DNA of 52,373 nucleotides, counting the filler, from Squatina squatina (taxonomy: Eukaryota), in NCBI GenBank assembly GCA_031763465.1. It is 3 parts of 3 records of this genome, joined end to end, with 100 filler letters (N's around TTAATTAATTAA, not from the genome) between each part and the next. Parts side by side here need not be neighbours in the genome. Positions count along the whole stretch, not along the records: positions 19,003 to 38,455 come from JARFOE010000115.1; 2 more parts are not named here. The stretch is one strand, 5' to 3'. Below the pieces are notes generated by a model. That model had not been told where the DNA came from. It saw only the letters and a list, made by a program, of their open reading frames with translations, and ran no database searches. The translations under genes and the position numbers were made by a program. Below are positions 23,726 through 35,906 of the stretch, piece after piece; position 1 is the stretch's first letter; each line of letters starts with the position of its first letter.

Positions 23726-23892
23726 TAACCCAAATGAACCCAACATGCAAGGAATGAAGTGGCCTGAATATACACACTTAGAACAACAATATATAACTTT
23801 AAACACTGAAGCACCAAGAATTTATATGAAACACCATGCTCAGCAATGTGCCTTCTGGAATCTATTTCTTCCCAAACTCCTTCAAAGGACAG
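23726..23892 (+). CDS. BCHE: Cholinesterase second coding exon (167 bp)
   Basis: The acceptor ttatttcaaag|T completes Gly. It reads NPNEPNMQGMKWPEY..QYITLNTE..AQQCAFWNLFLPKLLQRT, then G|gtatga. The length and phases match my recollection of human BCHE exon 3. Confidence 0.92.
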
Positions 23893-24429
23893 GTATGAGA
23901 GACATATTCCAGAACATAACCTGATATTTTCACTATTTTTGATGTACAAAATATTTCTCTTTGTTGAAAAGTGACATGTTTGTTTACAATATAATCACAT
24001 ACTAATGCTTTGTTTTTCCATCTCTTCAATACCACTGAACACCATAAATATATATGCCTATTAATTTTATTAAATTTATCAACCAGGATAGCCCATAGAA
24101 GCACAATTAGAGANNNNNNNNNNNNNNNNNNNNNNNNNNNNNNNNNNNNNNNNNNNNNNNNNNNNNNNNNNNNNNNNNNNNNNNNNNNNNNNNNNNNNNN
24201 NNNNNNNNNNNNNCCCAGTAGGGCAGTGGAGGACTGGAAAAGGGACTCATCTGCACATAGATCGATAGTCCATTCACTTACTCACCTCAGAATGGTCAGA
24301 GACAAATTAGTAAAATTATTAATCTTGGACAAATGCAACTTGCATCATTAAAATGGAGGGAAGGAACAGACACAATGATCTATAAATGGTGCATTGATTT
24401 AATTCCTCTTCAGTAATCTATAAAGAAAG

Positions 24430-24545
24430 AAGAGCTTGAATATATATAGTGCCTTTCACAATCTCCACACACCCCAAAAGGCTTCACAGCCAATGAGTTA
24501 CTTATAAAGTGTAGTAATGTAGGGAAACGCTGTGACATTTTGATG
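24430..24545 (-). mobile_element. SINE 3' fragment (Deu-domain SINE type tail)
   Basis: tatatagtgcctttcac..aaaggcttcacagccaatga..gtgtagt..aatgtagggaa is similar to 37275-37400. Confidence 0.55.
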
Positions 24546-26860
24546 TCCACGATGTTTAAATTAAAAGCCAAGGCTCTGCAAAGTACCTCTAAGACAAACA
24601 TAATGTTGTATAATGAAATATAAACAGAAAATGTTGGAAATCCTCAGCAGGTCACGCAGCAGCTGTGGTGAGAGCAATAAAATTAACATTTCAGGTCAAA
24701 AACAAAATGATTCCATTAGTTGAGGTTACAGCAATCACTGAGCCTTATATAAAGCCTGTTCAAACATTCTATTAACATTTTATTATTATTTTACTTACAT
24801 GTACAGTATGTGTGCCGTGACAGAAGTACTGAAAGGATTGTGTAAATGCAGCTATTTTCACAATTTGCACTCAAAATTCCTGTTCCTTAATCTTATTGCC
24901 TCTGGAGTCTCCTGACTCTAAACTGTGGTCAAACTGTTTGGGAAGATATTCTGACCTAATGTGACAAGCTGGGCAAGAATGAAAAAGAGCCATTCTAACT
25001 GGCCCTCAAATGGCAGGATCTTTGTCAATGTATTACATTTAAAGAATGAACCCAGTTACAGAAGGTATTGAGTGCATTCTTGCCTTCAGTGATGGACTGG
25101 GAATGAAGTTCTGTTTGGTTGATATTTTCTGAGAAGATGCTGGAGGATTGGGATCCGAAAGGCTTTGTGAAACAGAGGAAGATCGAGGTTTAGGGAGAGA
25201 ACAGGGCAGCAGGATTACTTTCAGGTTGCTCTAGCAAAGGACTGGAACAGAAATAAAGGACAAATGGCACCCTTCTGTGCTACAAATTTCAGTGCATCAA
25301 TCAGTGAAACCTCAGCATTTCTAGGCCATTGTGTCTGAATAAAGCCAATATACTTCAATGGATATGCTGAAGTGGTGAATCCTAGGGGAAAGTTAATGCA
25401 ACATATTCACAAAAATAAAGTGACACTGACTTAAGTTTCAAGATAAATTGTAGTTCAAAAAACATGAATGCATTATTTACTTGAATACAGTTGATTACAT
25501 GCTCCTTATTACATCGAAAATAAAAATATCAACACAGATGAATATAATTAATCATGTAGGAATATTAAAGCATTCTGATTAGAAACTGTAAGCTCACTGC
25601 TGGCTTATTTAATAACCTGAAATGTAATAAAGGGTGTATTGGGAAGGAAATCTAAAATATAAGAAAAAAAGTAGACTTTGTTTTATCAATCTGTCTTGAC
25701 TTGAATACATTATCAAAAAGTTTCATTATCATGAGAAAAAAGGCAAGATCTTTATGTGTTCATTTGTTGGCTGCAGGGCATTCTGGAGGAGGGTGAACAG
25801 CCAGTTGCCGTGGTACATAGAAACATAGAAAATAGGTGCAGGAGTAGGCCTGCACCGCCATTCAACACGATCATGGCTGATCTTTCAACTCAGTACCCCG
25901 TACCTGCTTTCTCTCCATACCCCNNNNNNNNNNNNNNNNNNNNNNNNNNNNNNNNNNNNNNNNNNNNNNNNNNNNNNNNNNNNNNNNNNNNNNNNNNNNN
26001 NNNNNNNNNNNNNNNNNNNNNNNNNNNNNNNNNNNNNNNNNNNNNNNNNNNNNNNNNNNNNNNNNNNNNNNNNNNNNNNNNNNNNNNNNNNNNNNNNNNN
26101 NNNNNNNNNNNNNNNNNNNNNNNNNNNNNNNNNNNNNNNNNNNNNNNNNNNNNNNNNNNNNNNNNNNNNNNNNNNNNNNNNNNNNNNNNNNNNNNNNNNN
26201 NNNNNNNNNNNNNNNNNNNNNNNNNNNNNNNNNNNNNNNNNNNNNNNNNNNNNNNNNNNNNNNNNNNNNNNNNNNNNNNNNNNNNNNNNNNNNNNNNNNN
26301 NNNNNNNNNNNNNNNNNNNNNNNNNNNNNNNNNNNNNNNNNNNNNNNNNNNNNNNNNNNNNNNNNNNNNNNNNNNNNNNNNNNNNNNNNNNNNNNNNNNN
26401 NNNNNNNNNNNNNNNNNNNNNNNNNNNNNNNNNNNNNNNNNNNNNNNNNNNATGCTGTGTACATTAGGGGAATCAAACTTATTATTACACTGCTCTATAA
26501 ATTGCATTCATATCTCTTTGGTAGCTTATTTGGGGAACTAGTAAAGCAGAACATTGGAAGATTGCTGTGAAGCACGGATCTTCAGACATGGTTTTTGCAA
26601 AGTAAACAAATGACCAGTTAGCAGCATCACTGGTTTGAGATTCCAAGTGTGTCAAATTATAAATCTAATTTAGCAATCTAAATTAAATCTGAATGCATTT
26701 CCATTGTAATTTTAGTGGCATTGCAAATCATTTTCAGCTGTACAGTGAACTATAGTGGTAGCATAAATCTGAAATCAAGGCCCAACCTGGCTTTGGAGTG
26801 AGACTCCCTGAAGGAGGTATTCTCACATTAATTTGGTTTACACTACTTGGAGGGGAAGAG

Positions 26861-27035
26861 GGGCTGAATTTCTACAGACGTTCTCCCGCTTGTCTACCAT
26901 AGCTTTGGCGGAAAAATCGCAGAAATCATGAAAAAACAGCATTAACCCCCTTTATGCCATGTTTTCCCAGTGTTTCCATTGCTCTTCCACCAAAATTACA
27001 GTGGAAGATCAGGAAGATCCCCATGGTATTCACCC
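26861..27035. mobile_element. Foldback MITE (Harbinger-like GGG.TGAAT termini)
   Basis: It starts gggctgaattt and ends attcaccc. The two halves are imperfect reverse complements (tttggcggaa / ttccaccaaa; aaaacagcat / atgccatgtttt). Confidence 0.65.
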
Positions 27036-27719
27036 TCATGGAGTGCAAGTCGAATGTGGTGTCGAACCTGGATCTTAAAGTTCATAGCTTCCCTCAGACT
27101 TTCTTTCTGAACTCTGTTTAACCTACAAAACGTTTAAAAACTGCTACACAAGCGCTCTAGGCATTTACCTTTTAACTGCTGGGAGAAGAAGTCTGAATAT
27201 GTCTGCAACTTCTAGGTGGACAGTTTAAACACATTGGCCCAAAACTTGCGGTCAGAGGCTTCCCATGGGTGGATGCCTCCGACCTCCAAAAGATCTATGA
27301 ATTTACCTGGTGGTCCGGGAGGTTCGCAGTCCGTGCAGAAACTCACGTATCCCAGGCACCTAGGCATTTTGCAAGCGTCCCTGAGATCATATGGATCAGG
27401 CCAACCAATCAAAGTAGGGGTATTCCCACTACACAAACACTTAAAATATATATATTTTTTTTTAAGTCACAAATTTAAAATGAATCAAAATGGAATTTAA
27501 TTAATTATTTAAAACAAAAAATTAAGTTTCTGAAAAATAGCTTTACAATTTTAAATGGTCTAANNNNNNNNNNNNNNNNNNNNNNNNNNNNNNNNNNNNN
27601 NNNNNNNNNNNNNNNNNNNNNNNNNNNNNNNNNNNNNNNNNNNNNNNNNNNNNNNNNNNNNNNGTTTCTTTTGAATTCCCTATTTGATTTCTTGGTGACT
27701 ATCTGATATTGATGGCCTC

Positions 27720-28485
27720 TAGAAGCATCTTAAAGGGTGAAAGAGAGGTAGAGAGGCAGAGAAGTTTCGGGAGGGAATTCCAGAGATTAGGGTCTTGGCA
27801 GCTGAAGGCACAGCTGCCAATGGTGCAGTGATTAAAATCGGGGATGCTCATGGGATTGTAAGTTTGTGGGGCTGGAGCAGGTTACAGAGATCGGGTGGAG
27901 CGAGGCCATGGAGGGATGTGAAAATAAAAATGAGTATTTTAAAATCAAGGTATGCCTAACCAGGAGGTCAGCGAAGGACTTGACCCAAGTTCGGACACGA
28001 GCAGCCGAGCTTTCTATGATCTCAAGTTTATGGAGGGTAGAACATGGGAGGCTAACCAGGAGGTAAAAAAGACACAAATGAGGGTTTCAGCAGCAGATGA
28101 GCTGAGGCGGGGAGGAGTCGGACGATGTTACGGAAGTGGAAATAGGCAGTCTTCGTGATGGCGCAGATGTGTGATCGGAAGCTCGTCTCGGGGTTAAATA
28201 TGACACCATGGTTGTGAACAGTCTCGTTCAACCTCTGACAGTTACCAGGGATAAGAATGGAGTCGGTGGTTAGGGAACAGAGTTTGTGGTGAGGACTGAA
28301 TACATTAGCTTCGGTCTTCCAATATTTAGTTGAGAAGAAATTTCTGCTCATCGAGTACCACCAGATGTTGGACTAGTAGTCAGACAATTTAGAGACAGTG
28401 GAGGGTTCAAGAGAGGTGATGGTGAAGTAGAGCTGGGTGTCGTTAGCATATACGTGAAAACTGATGCGGTTTTCAGATGATGTCA
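27720..28485 (-). mobile_element. L2-type LINE fragment
   Basis: Minus peptides are VHNHGVIFNPETSFRSHICAITKTAYFHFRNIVRL and LPCSTLHKLEIIESSAARV, typical of the L2 RT C-terminus. Confidence 0.85.
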
Positions 28486-28854
28486 GTTCAAGAACAATAT
28501 TAATCATATAGTACAAATGGATCATTTTGGCTATACACATACTCGAAACAGTTTTACAGNNNNNNNNNNNNNNNNNNNNNNNNNNNNNNNNNNNNNNNNN
28601 NNNNNNNNNNNNNNNNNNNNNNNNNNNNNNNNNNNNNNNNNNNNNNNNNNNNNNNNNNNCTAGAACCAGTTTGCTGTTAATGGGGCCTTCATTTTAATGC
28701 AACTATGTAATTTAGGCTTCCTTGCAATTTCCCAATTTTTATATCAGTGATTGACATAGCCAATAAATCTCCAGTAATTAATTCTCTTCCTGCCCCTGCA
28801 AAGTTTCCCAAGAACATATTCATGACTCCATCTTCTTCCTCATCTACAGTGATA

Positions 28855-29030
28855 TACAGACATAGGATCAGCTTCCATATGTATGCTGAAAACACCCAGA
28901 TCTATCTTTCCTCCATTTCCCTCTACCCTATCAGCATATCTCTATGCTGTTCAACTGCCTGACCAATGATAAGACATGGATGCATGAAAAGTTCCTCCAA
29001 CTGAATATCAGAAGGACAGAAGCTATTAAA
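28855..29030 (+). mobile_element. L2 reverse-transcriptase fragment
   Basis: HRISFHMYAENTQIYLS is a decayed YADDTQLY motif. It is followed by WM...FLQLNI.RTE. Confidence 0.75.
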
Positions 29031-29444
29031 TGTGTCCCCAAAATTAGCTTAAATGTATCCTCAAACTGGAGTCAATAAAACCACATTCCTTACCAGTAAT
29101 AGAAAACGAGCATCAAGGCCACAGACCCAGAGATAGCTTGTTAGGGGGATATGAATATATCTGTGTGAGACCCTTGTTAGCAAGAACTTGAGAGGCTAGT
29201 GAGTGAAAGGTACTGATGCTTAATTAATTTGGAGGTCCTCAGAGGTAGCAGCATGGCTGTTTGAGGTGACGGACACCAAAAAAGGTGAACTCTTCTAACA
29301 CGTGTCACTCTGATTGGTCAATAAAATTTAGAATGTTTCTTTGGAAATCAAGCATATATGAATTATTTTCATTCTCCATGTTTAAGTTTAAGTGCAGCCA
29401 ATTATGATTTTTAGGTTATTAAGCCTATTCTTCATTATTTTACA

Positions 29445-29700
29445 GGGTCTCCCAATGGCTCAGTGGGTACCTGCACCATGTGGTATGGTACTGAAGTACA
29501 CAGAGTACGGGGACTCCAGGTCTGGTCCTTGGTTTTATAGAATTAGTTGATCACAAATCGAGCAGTAATATCCAAAGGGGAAATATTAGTCAGGGTTCTC
29601 ATTCCTGATTGCTATCTAGTGCCCCCTGCTGGAAAGTACAGTTGTGCGGCAGCTGGATGAGGACAGGATTGAGCTCAGCTGCAAAAGTTCTTTGCAGAAT
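29445..29700 (+). mobile_element. tRNA-derived SINE (decayed)
   Basis: A-box-like TGGCTCAGTGG near 29455 and B-box-like ccaggtctggtcc near 29516, followed by a non-tRNA body. Confidence 0.55.
29617..29632 (-). promoter_or_regulatory. CTCF core motif match
   Basis: The reverse complement is CCAGCAGGGGGCACTA, which fits the CCASYAGRKGGCRS consensus. Binding is not shown. Confidence 0.5.
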
Positions 29701-32700
29701 CGCCCAGTTAACTGGTAACTGGGCTTCACCTAAAGAACAGTTATTGCATGCTTTACTGATGGAACCATATCCTGCATGAATCAGGAGGGGAAGGATGAGA
29801 AAAAAAATTGGTTTAAAAAATAACTTTTTGACATACTCAAAGGTTAGATAAATTTCTGTAATACTGATTAATGAATAATTGCACTTTACTGGAGTTTATT
29901 TTCACATTGCAATCAAGTTTTTTATTCGGGCAAACAGTATGATGATCTATCAGGCAGAATCTATGTATTCAATAAGTTACTTCTGTTATCCACCAGCCCA
30001 AAGTCAATGGAATGAATATTGGGTGGATTCCATAATGGGTGGCTGATCCGCTCTGCCAGATTACCACCCAGGTAAATCTGCCCCATAGCGACTAGAAGCA
30101 GAGCACAAGTTCACTTCACAATCTCACCTAACCTAAAAGGAATACTTACAATCAGGATACTCTTCCTCCTTTTTATATTAATGTCTTACAATCTTTCTAC
30201 AACAAAAAGGAATCGAAAAAGGTAAAAAAAAAACACAATTAAAACCAATAAAGGCAGCAAAAAAGGGTGAATATCATAATTATGGGCATCAGTCAGCATG
30301 CAATGCACTGTGATTCTAATGCATGTATTGGATATTCTAGAAGGAGGCTGTGGAGTTGGTAAATTCAACAGAGCACTCCTCAAATTGTTTCTTGGTGCCA
30401 TTTTGAGGTGTTGCTGTTTCATTTACTCAGTAAAAACAAATTGTAATGTGAAGATTTTGCACATACCTGCTAGTAGCCATTAACTTCAGTGAAAAAAAAA
30501 TCATTAACAGTTTTTTAATGCCAAATGATGATGTTGGGGGATACCTGCTGTTGGCTAATACATAAGAAATTAGGAGCTCAGTGTATTTTAATGAGATTTC
30601 TTTATTTCTCAGCAGTGTACAGTAACTATTAGCATTCTGAAAACTCTAATTTATTCATCAGCAAAATCTATCATTATGAAATCCTCAAATTGAAAAAGGA
30701 AAAAAAAAATCTTTTGTTGATAATTCCAGTTACCCATGTGTTAAAACCAGCAGCAGGTGGCATGCTGATACCATTATCCAGTTTCAAAAGACTACTAATG
30801 ATTTAAAATGATGCTTTTTCTCCCTCTGTTAGTGTACATGAATAAGAAATAACAAAACCTAAATTCCTTGGGGCTCATCAGAGACTTGGGCACCAATGGA
30901 CAAGGCCTAGGCCTGGCCAAAGCCCAGAGGTAAGCCCAGGGAGGAGGGGAGTGGGAGCTGATCGGAACGCCCAACCTTCAAAGAAAGCCTGCTAAGAAAT
31001 TGCTGTATCGTGTCNNNNNNNNNNNNNNNNNNNNNNNNNNNNNNNNNNNNNNNNNNNNNNNNNNNNNNNNNNNNNNNNNNNNNNNNNNNNNNNNNNNNNN
31101 NNNNNNNNNNNNNNTAAACTTGGATGAAGAGAAGACTTTATATGTAAATGGCATCACAAATTGCACACATGTGGGAAATAAAAGATATTTAATTGATCCT
31201 GTTCAAATAAATGCTTGGATCAAGCTCGACATGGCATTGAATACCACAGCATTCTGAACCTGGAATTACCACATCAAACATGTAAGATAAATCAATGCTC
31301 TGTTGACAGTTTGATTACAGTTAATCGACAGTGCACATGCATGTCAAAATGAGGAGAAATTGAACAAGGACAAAATACAATTGAATGCTGCCAAATGAAT
31401 AACTAAATTACAGGAGTTGTTACTTTTGGGTCAGAACTGTTCTATATGTTAAGAGTGAATGGAAATGAAAATAATTTTATGTTTAAAATTGCTCCAATGT
31501 AATTGGTGCATCTTTGAGTCTCTTCATTACATTACTTGATAGTGTGCAGGCTCGAGGAACCGTAGGGCCTGCTCCTGCTCCTATTTCTGATGTTCTTATG
31601 TTCATTTATACTCAGTTGTCTTATTTATTAGTTATTCTAAAATATAAAAAATTAATACAGAAACTTGGAGCCTTTAACTGGGATTCCATGGTAAAAAAAA
31701 TACATTAGATTTAACAAACTATTTCCCCCGTGTTAAAATTAAATAGAATTTCTTGTGTAAGAGTGTCACCATCACCTGGTATCAACGGCATTTCTTGTGT
31801 TTTCAGCCATTAACAAGTTATATTCACAACTGTCTTTCCCGTTTTTGTGCATGACTGCAAGTTACCTTCAAGTGATGATGTATATGAACAGTTGCTATTC
31901 GAGGAAGCAATTTAATCCAACAGCTTTTAGCTACTTGCTATGGTGCGACTGAATGAGTAACAACCTATACAGTTACATTGAGAGTACTACCGGAGATATA
32001 AACCTAAAAATGATGTCAAGTCAAATCATGAGGGTAACAGCATATTAAACACCACTTACTATGTGGCCAGTATTTAGATGTACTTACTTGATTGTAAAGC
32101 AATAGTAAACAATAAATGAATGAATGCTGAGATGATTTCCTTTTTCTAAAACTTTAGCCACACAGCACCCGTTTGCCGGGTGCAAACTGATCTACTGAGC
32201 CCCAATATGGCTGGCAGGAATCGCATGCACATTTCCGACCAGAAGTGCACTGCCCACCTCATTAGGAAAGGGAAGAAAATAGGCACCCTTTGCTCACGTC
32301 TAAAGCAGAACTTAGCGCCTTTCCATATCCAAATAATGGCACCATCGCCTGCTTGAGGCGCCCTCTCCAAGATTGTTTTGCTCTGAGGCAACGGCTGCAC
32401 TCAGGGAAACCAGCCCTAGGGATCACCTNNNNNNNNNNNNNNNNNNNNNNNNNNNNNNNNNNNNNNNNNNNNNNNNNNNNNNNNNNNNNNNNNNNNNNNN
32501 NNNNNNNNNNNNNNNNNNNNNNNNNNNNAAATTGATAGAACCCCCCCCCCCCCCCCTCGCCTCCGCCCACAAAGAAAATGAGTTTTCACATAAGCAATCA
32601 CACGGTCGTGTGTGACTCTCTGCTTTGGAGAGTGCAAATGATTGGATTAGATTCCGAAATATCAGAGTGCTATTTATACAAGGAGAAAATGAGGGCAACA

Positions 32701-33330
32701 TACAGGACTCGTGTGTCCGCAGAACACGATGTAGCCCAGTTCTTTCGGAGCTCTCTTGACTGAGGATACCATGAAACATTTAGACATATTTGGCTATTTC
32801 TATCATTGGGAACAATTATTCACCAATTTCGTCTTTACCTCACTGTACAGGAAATGTGAAAAATATTCCATTTAAAAATGAGAGAGAAACATTGATCAAC
32901 CCTCAGCCACTGGCACTGCAGAAATGCCATTATCATCGTATGCGTCTCGGATGCTGTCAAACACCTTTTTCATATTTCCAAGAAATTGCTGTAATATATT
33001 TGCGTTTTCTTTGTTTTGTAGACATTGGTATAGGTGTATAATATTCTTCCATGTGTAGAATACAGTGCTGCGCGTTAATGGGGATGAATGCATGTTTGGG
33101 CATCTATATATATTGACAGTGATGAATCCAATTTGTTAGGACACACTCATCTGCTCACGGGAATTGTAAAATCTAATGCCATTTTCTACGTGTCTTCTAT
33201 GTACAGTCTTTGCACCTCGAGGAGGTCCCGTACGGCAACCGTAAGAGCTGCTGTACCTCCAGCTGAACAGAAAAAATAANNNNNNNNNNNNNNNNNNNNN
33301 NNNNNNNNNNNNNNNNNNNNNNNNNNNNNN

Positions 33331-35906
33331 CGATTCCACTGATGGAGGACTCGAACGAGTTAGACGAACCTTGCATGGAACCATGTTACTGTGAGGAAAA
33401 AGAGAGTATTTTGCATATACACTGTGAAAGTAAAGGTTTTACAAATATTAGTCAGATTACCGAGTCATGGAGAAGACCATTTAAACTTTACCTACAAAGA
33501 AACTCTATGAGGAAACTCTATGCTAATGGTTTTCTTTTTTTAACCAACGCAGTATCCATTAACCTTGGAAACAACGCATTGCAGGACATTCAGGCAGGTG
33601 CCTTTAATGGCATGAAACTTCTGAAACGTTTATATTTACACGAAAACAAGCTCGAGGTTTTCCGAAATGACACTTTCTTGGGTTTGGAGAGTTTGGAGTA
33701 CCTACAGACCGACTACAACGTGCTGAAGAGGATTGATGGTGGTGCATTCAGGAACCTCAATAAACTGAAAGTGCTGATTATCAATGATAATCTGATACCC
33801 CTGCTTCCTCTCAATCTCTTCAGGGCCGTTACCTTAACCCACATCGATCTGCGTGGTAATAGGTTAAAGACGTTGCCTTATGCGGGGACGCTGGAATATA
33901 TTGGCAGGAGCCTGATGGAGATCCAACTGGAGGAGAACCCGTGGAACTGTACCTGTGACATTATGCCATTAAAGACTTGGCTAGAAAGCATACCATACAC
34001 GGTTCTTGTAGGGGAAATTACTTGTGAGACTCCATTCCATCTCCATGGCAAGGACTTGAGGGAGATCAGAAGAAGTGAATTGTGTCCAATTCTTTCTAAC
34101 GTGGAGGTGGAAGTCAGCTTGGGGATTCCACAGCTTGCTTCCAGTAATGACAATGCGTGGCCTACCAAGCCTTCCTCTATGTCTTTATCCGTGACTTATA
34201 CGGCTTCTTCGGTTGAATATAAGACATCAGGTAAATTACCAAAATCAACCAAGACTCCGAAGACTTTAAAAGCACAGCCAACTCTACGCAGCGTTTATCC
34301 GGGACAAAATCAGCCCATAGTTGCAGGCTACCAAACCAGGCCGCCCATCCCTATCATTTGCCCCACTGAATGCTCATGTAGCCTACATATAAATGACCTG
34401 GGTTTGACAGTGCAGTGCAAAAATAAAGGGATTCAAAATATGTCTGAACTAATACCAAGGCCGTTGAATGCTAAGAAGTTGTATTTAACCGGGAATCTAA
34501 TTCAGAAAATTTATAGGTCAGATTTCTGGAATTTCTCCAGTTTGGATCTATTGCATTTGGGGACCAACCGTGTATCGTATATACAAGATGGTGCTTTTAT
34601 GAACCTTCCAAATTTAAAAATCCTATATCTGAACAACAACGACATCGAACGTCTCACGCCCGGCATGTTCAGAGGGCTACAAAGTCTGCAATACTTATAT
34701 TTTGAATTCAACATCATAAGAGAAATCAAGCCAGCGGCTTTCAGCCTGATGCCCAATCTTCAACTATTGTTTCTGAATAATAATCTTCTCCGAACTCTAC
34801 CAACCGATGCTTTCGCGGGCACTTCTCTGGCTAGACTGAGCCTGAGGAACAACTACTTTCTGTATCTGCCAGTGAGTGGAGTGCTCGAGCACTTGGACTC
34901 CATTGTGCAGATTGACCTGAACCAGAATCCCTGGGATTGCTCCTGCGATTTGATTGCTCTGAAGCAGTGGGTGGAAAAGATCAGCACTGTTATTATGGTC
35001 GGCGACGTGTTGTGCAAGACGCCCGAATTCCTGAGCGGGACGGATCTGAAGAAGGTGGACTATGAGGTGCTGTGCCCCGAGCTGAAGCATGCCGCCGCCT
35101 CTCCGGCTCTACCTGGCTCTGGAGGGAATGGTAATGTGATATCCACAACCACGGGCTTTGGTTTCTCCTCGCAAGGTGGCGCCATTCCTCTTTCAGTCCT
35201 TATCTTGAGCCTTCTGATCATTTTCATTTCCGCTGTATTTATTGCAGCTGGTCTCTTCGCTTTCGTGCTCAGGAGGCGTAAGAAATCGCCCTTCAGGAGA
35301 AGGCAGGACGTAGACTTGACTGGTATGCAAATGCAGTGCAGGATCTTCGAGGACAGAACTGCCAACTCACCCGAGAAAGCAGCCAGCCACGTCTACGACT
35401 ACATCCCCCATCCCGTCACGCAAATGTGCAACAATCCTATCTATAAACCACGTGAGGGAGAGATGGAGGAGGAATTTTCAGAGACTCAGGAAAATAATAC
35501 TAATTACAAAACTCTGGAGAAAGATAAAGAATGGAAAATGTCACTGTCCAATAGCAACCTTAATACTATAGTTACAATCAATCAGACTAACGATTTTGCC
35601 AATTTTCCCGAAAATGGGGTGATTTACCCCAGTGTGTTGGACAGAGAAAGACCAGCTCACACTGTTGGCCTTGTGGACTGCCTGTATGGCACCGTGCCCA
35701 AGTTAAAAGAGCTGCATGTCCACCCCCCTGGCATGCAATATCCTGACTTACAGCAAGATGCCAGGTTTAAAGAAACGATTCTGTTTGGCTCCTCTGGACG
35801 GGGATATCCTGATCAAACCCAAAGCGAATACCTCGAGTTAAGGGCCAAACTTCAAACTAAGCCAGACTACCTCGAAGTACTAGAGAAGACGACATACCGA
35901 TTTTAG
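33331..35906 (+). CDS. SLITRK3: SLIT and NTRK-like protein 3 (single coding exon; start codon and signal peptide fall in the 51-N gap at 33280-33330)
   Basis: IPLMEDS..DEPCMEPCYCEEKES..HIHC.SKGFTNISQI matches the SLITRK3 N-terminus. It has two LRR blocks with NPW.C.C caps, YQTRPPIPIICP, the TM segment GGAIPLSVLILSLLI, HVYDYIPHPVTQMCNNPIYKPREG and the C-terminus LQTKPDYLEVLEKTTYRF. Confidence 0.97.

Noticed and set aside
27495-27510. Natural TTAATTAATT runs (also about 29220) resembling the linker
   Set aside because: They are not embedded in N runs and are ordinary AT-rich sequence.
33878-35365. Antisense ORFs within SLITRK3 (and within BCHE at 20469-22050)
   Set aside because: They are expected shadows of a real coding strand, with no independent signal.
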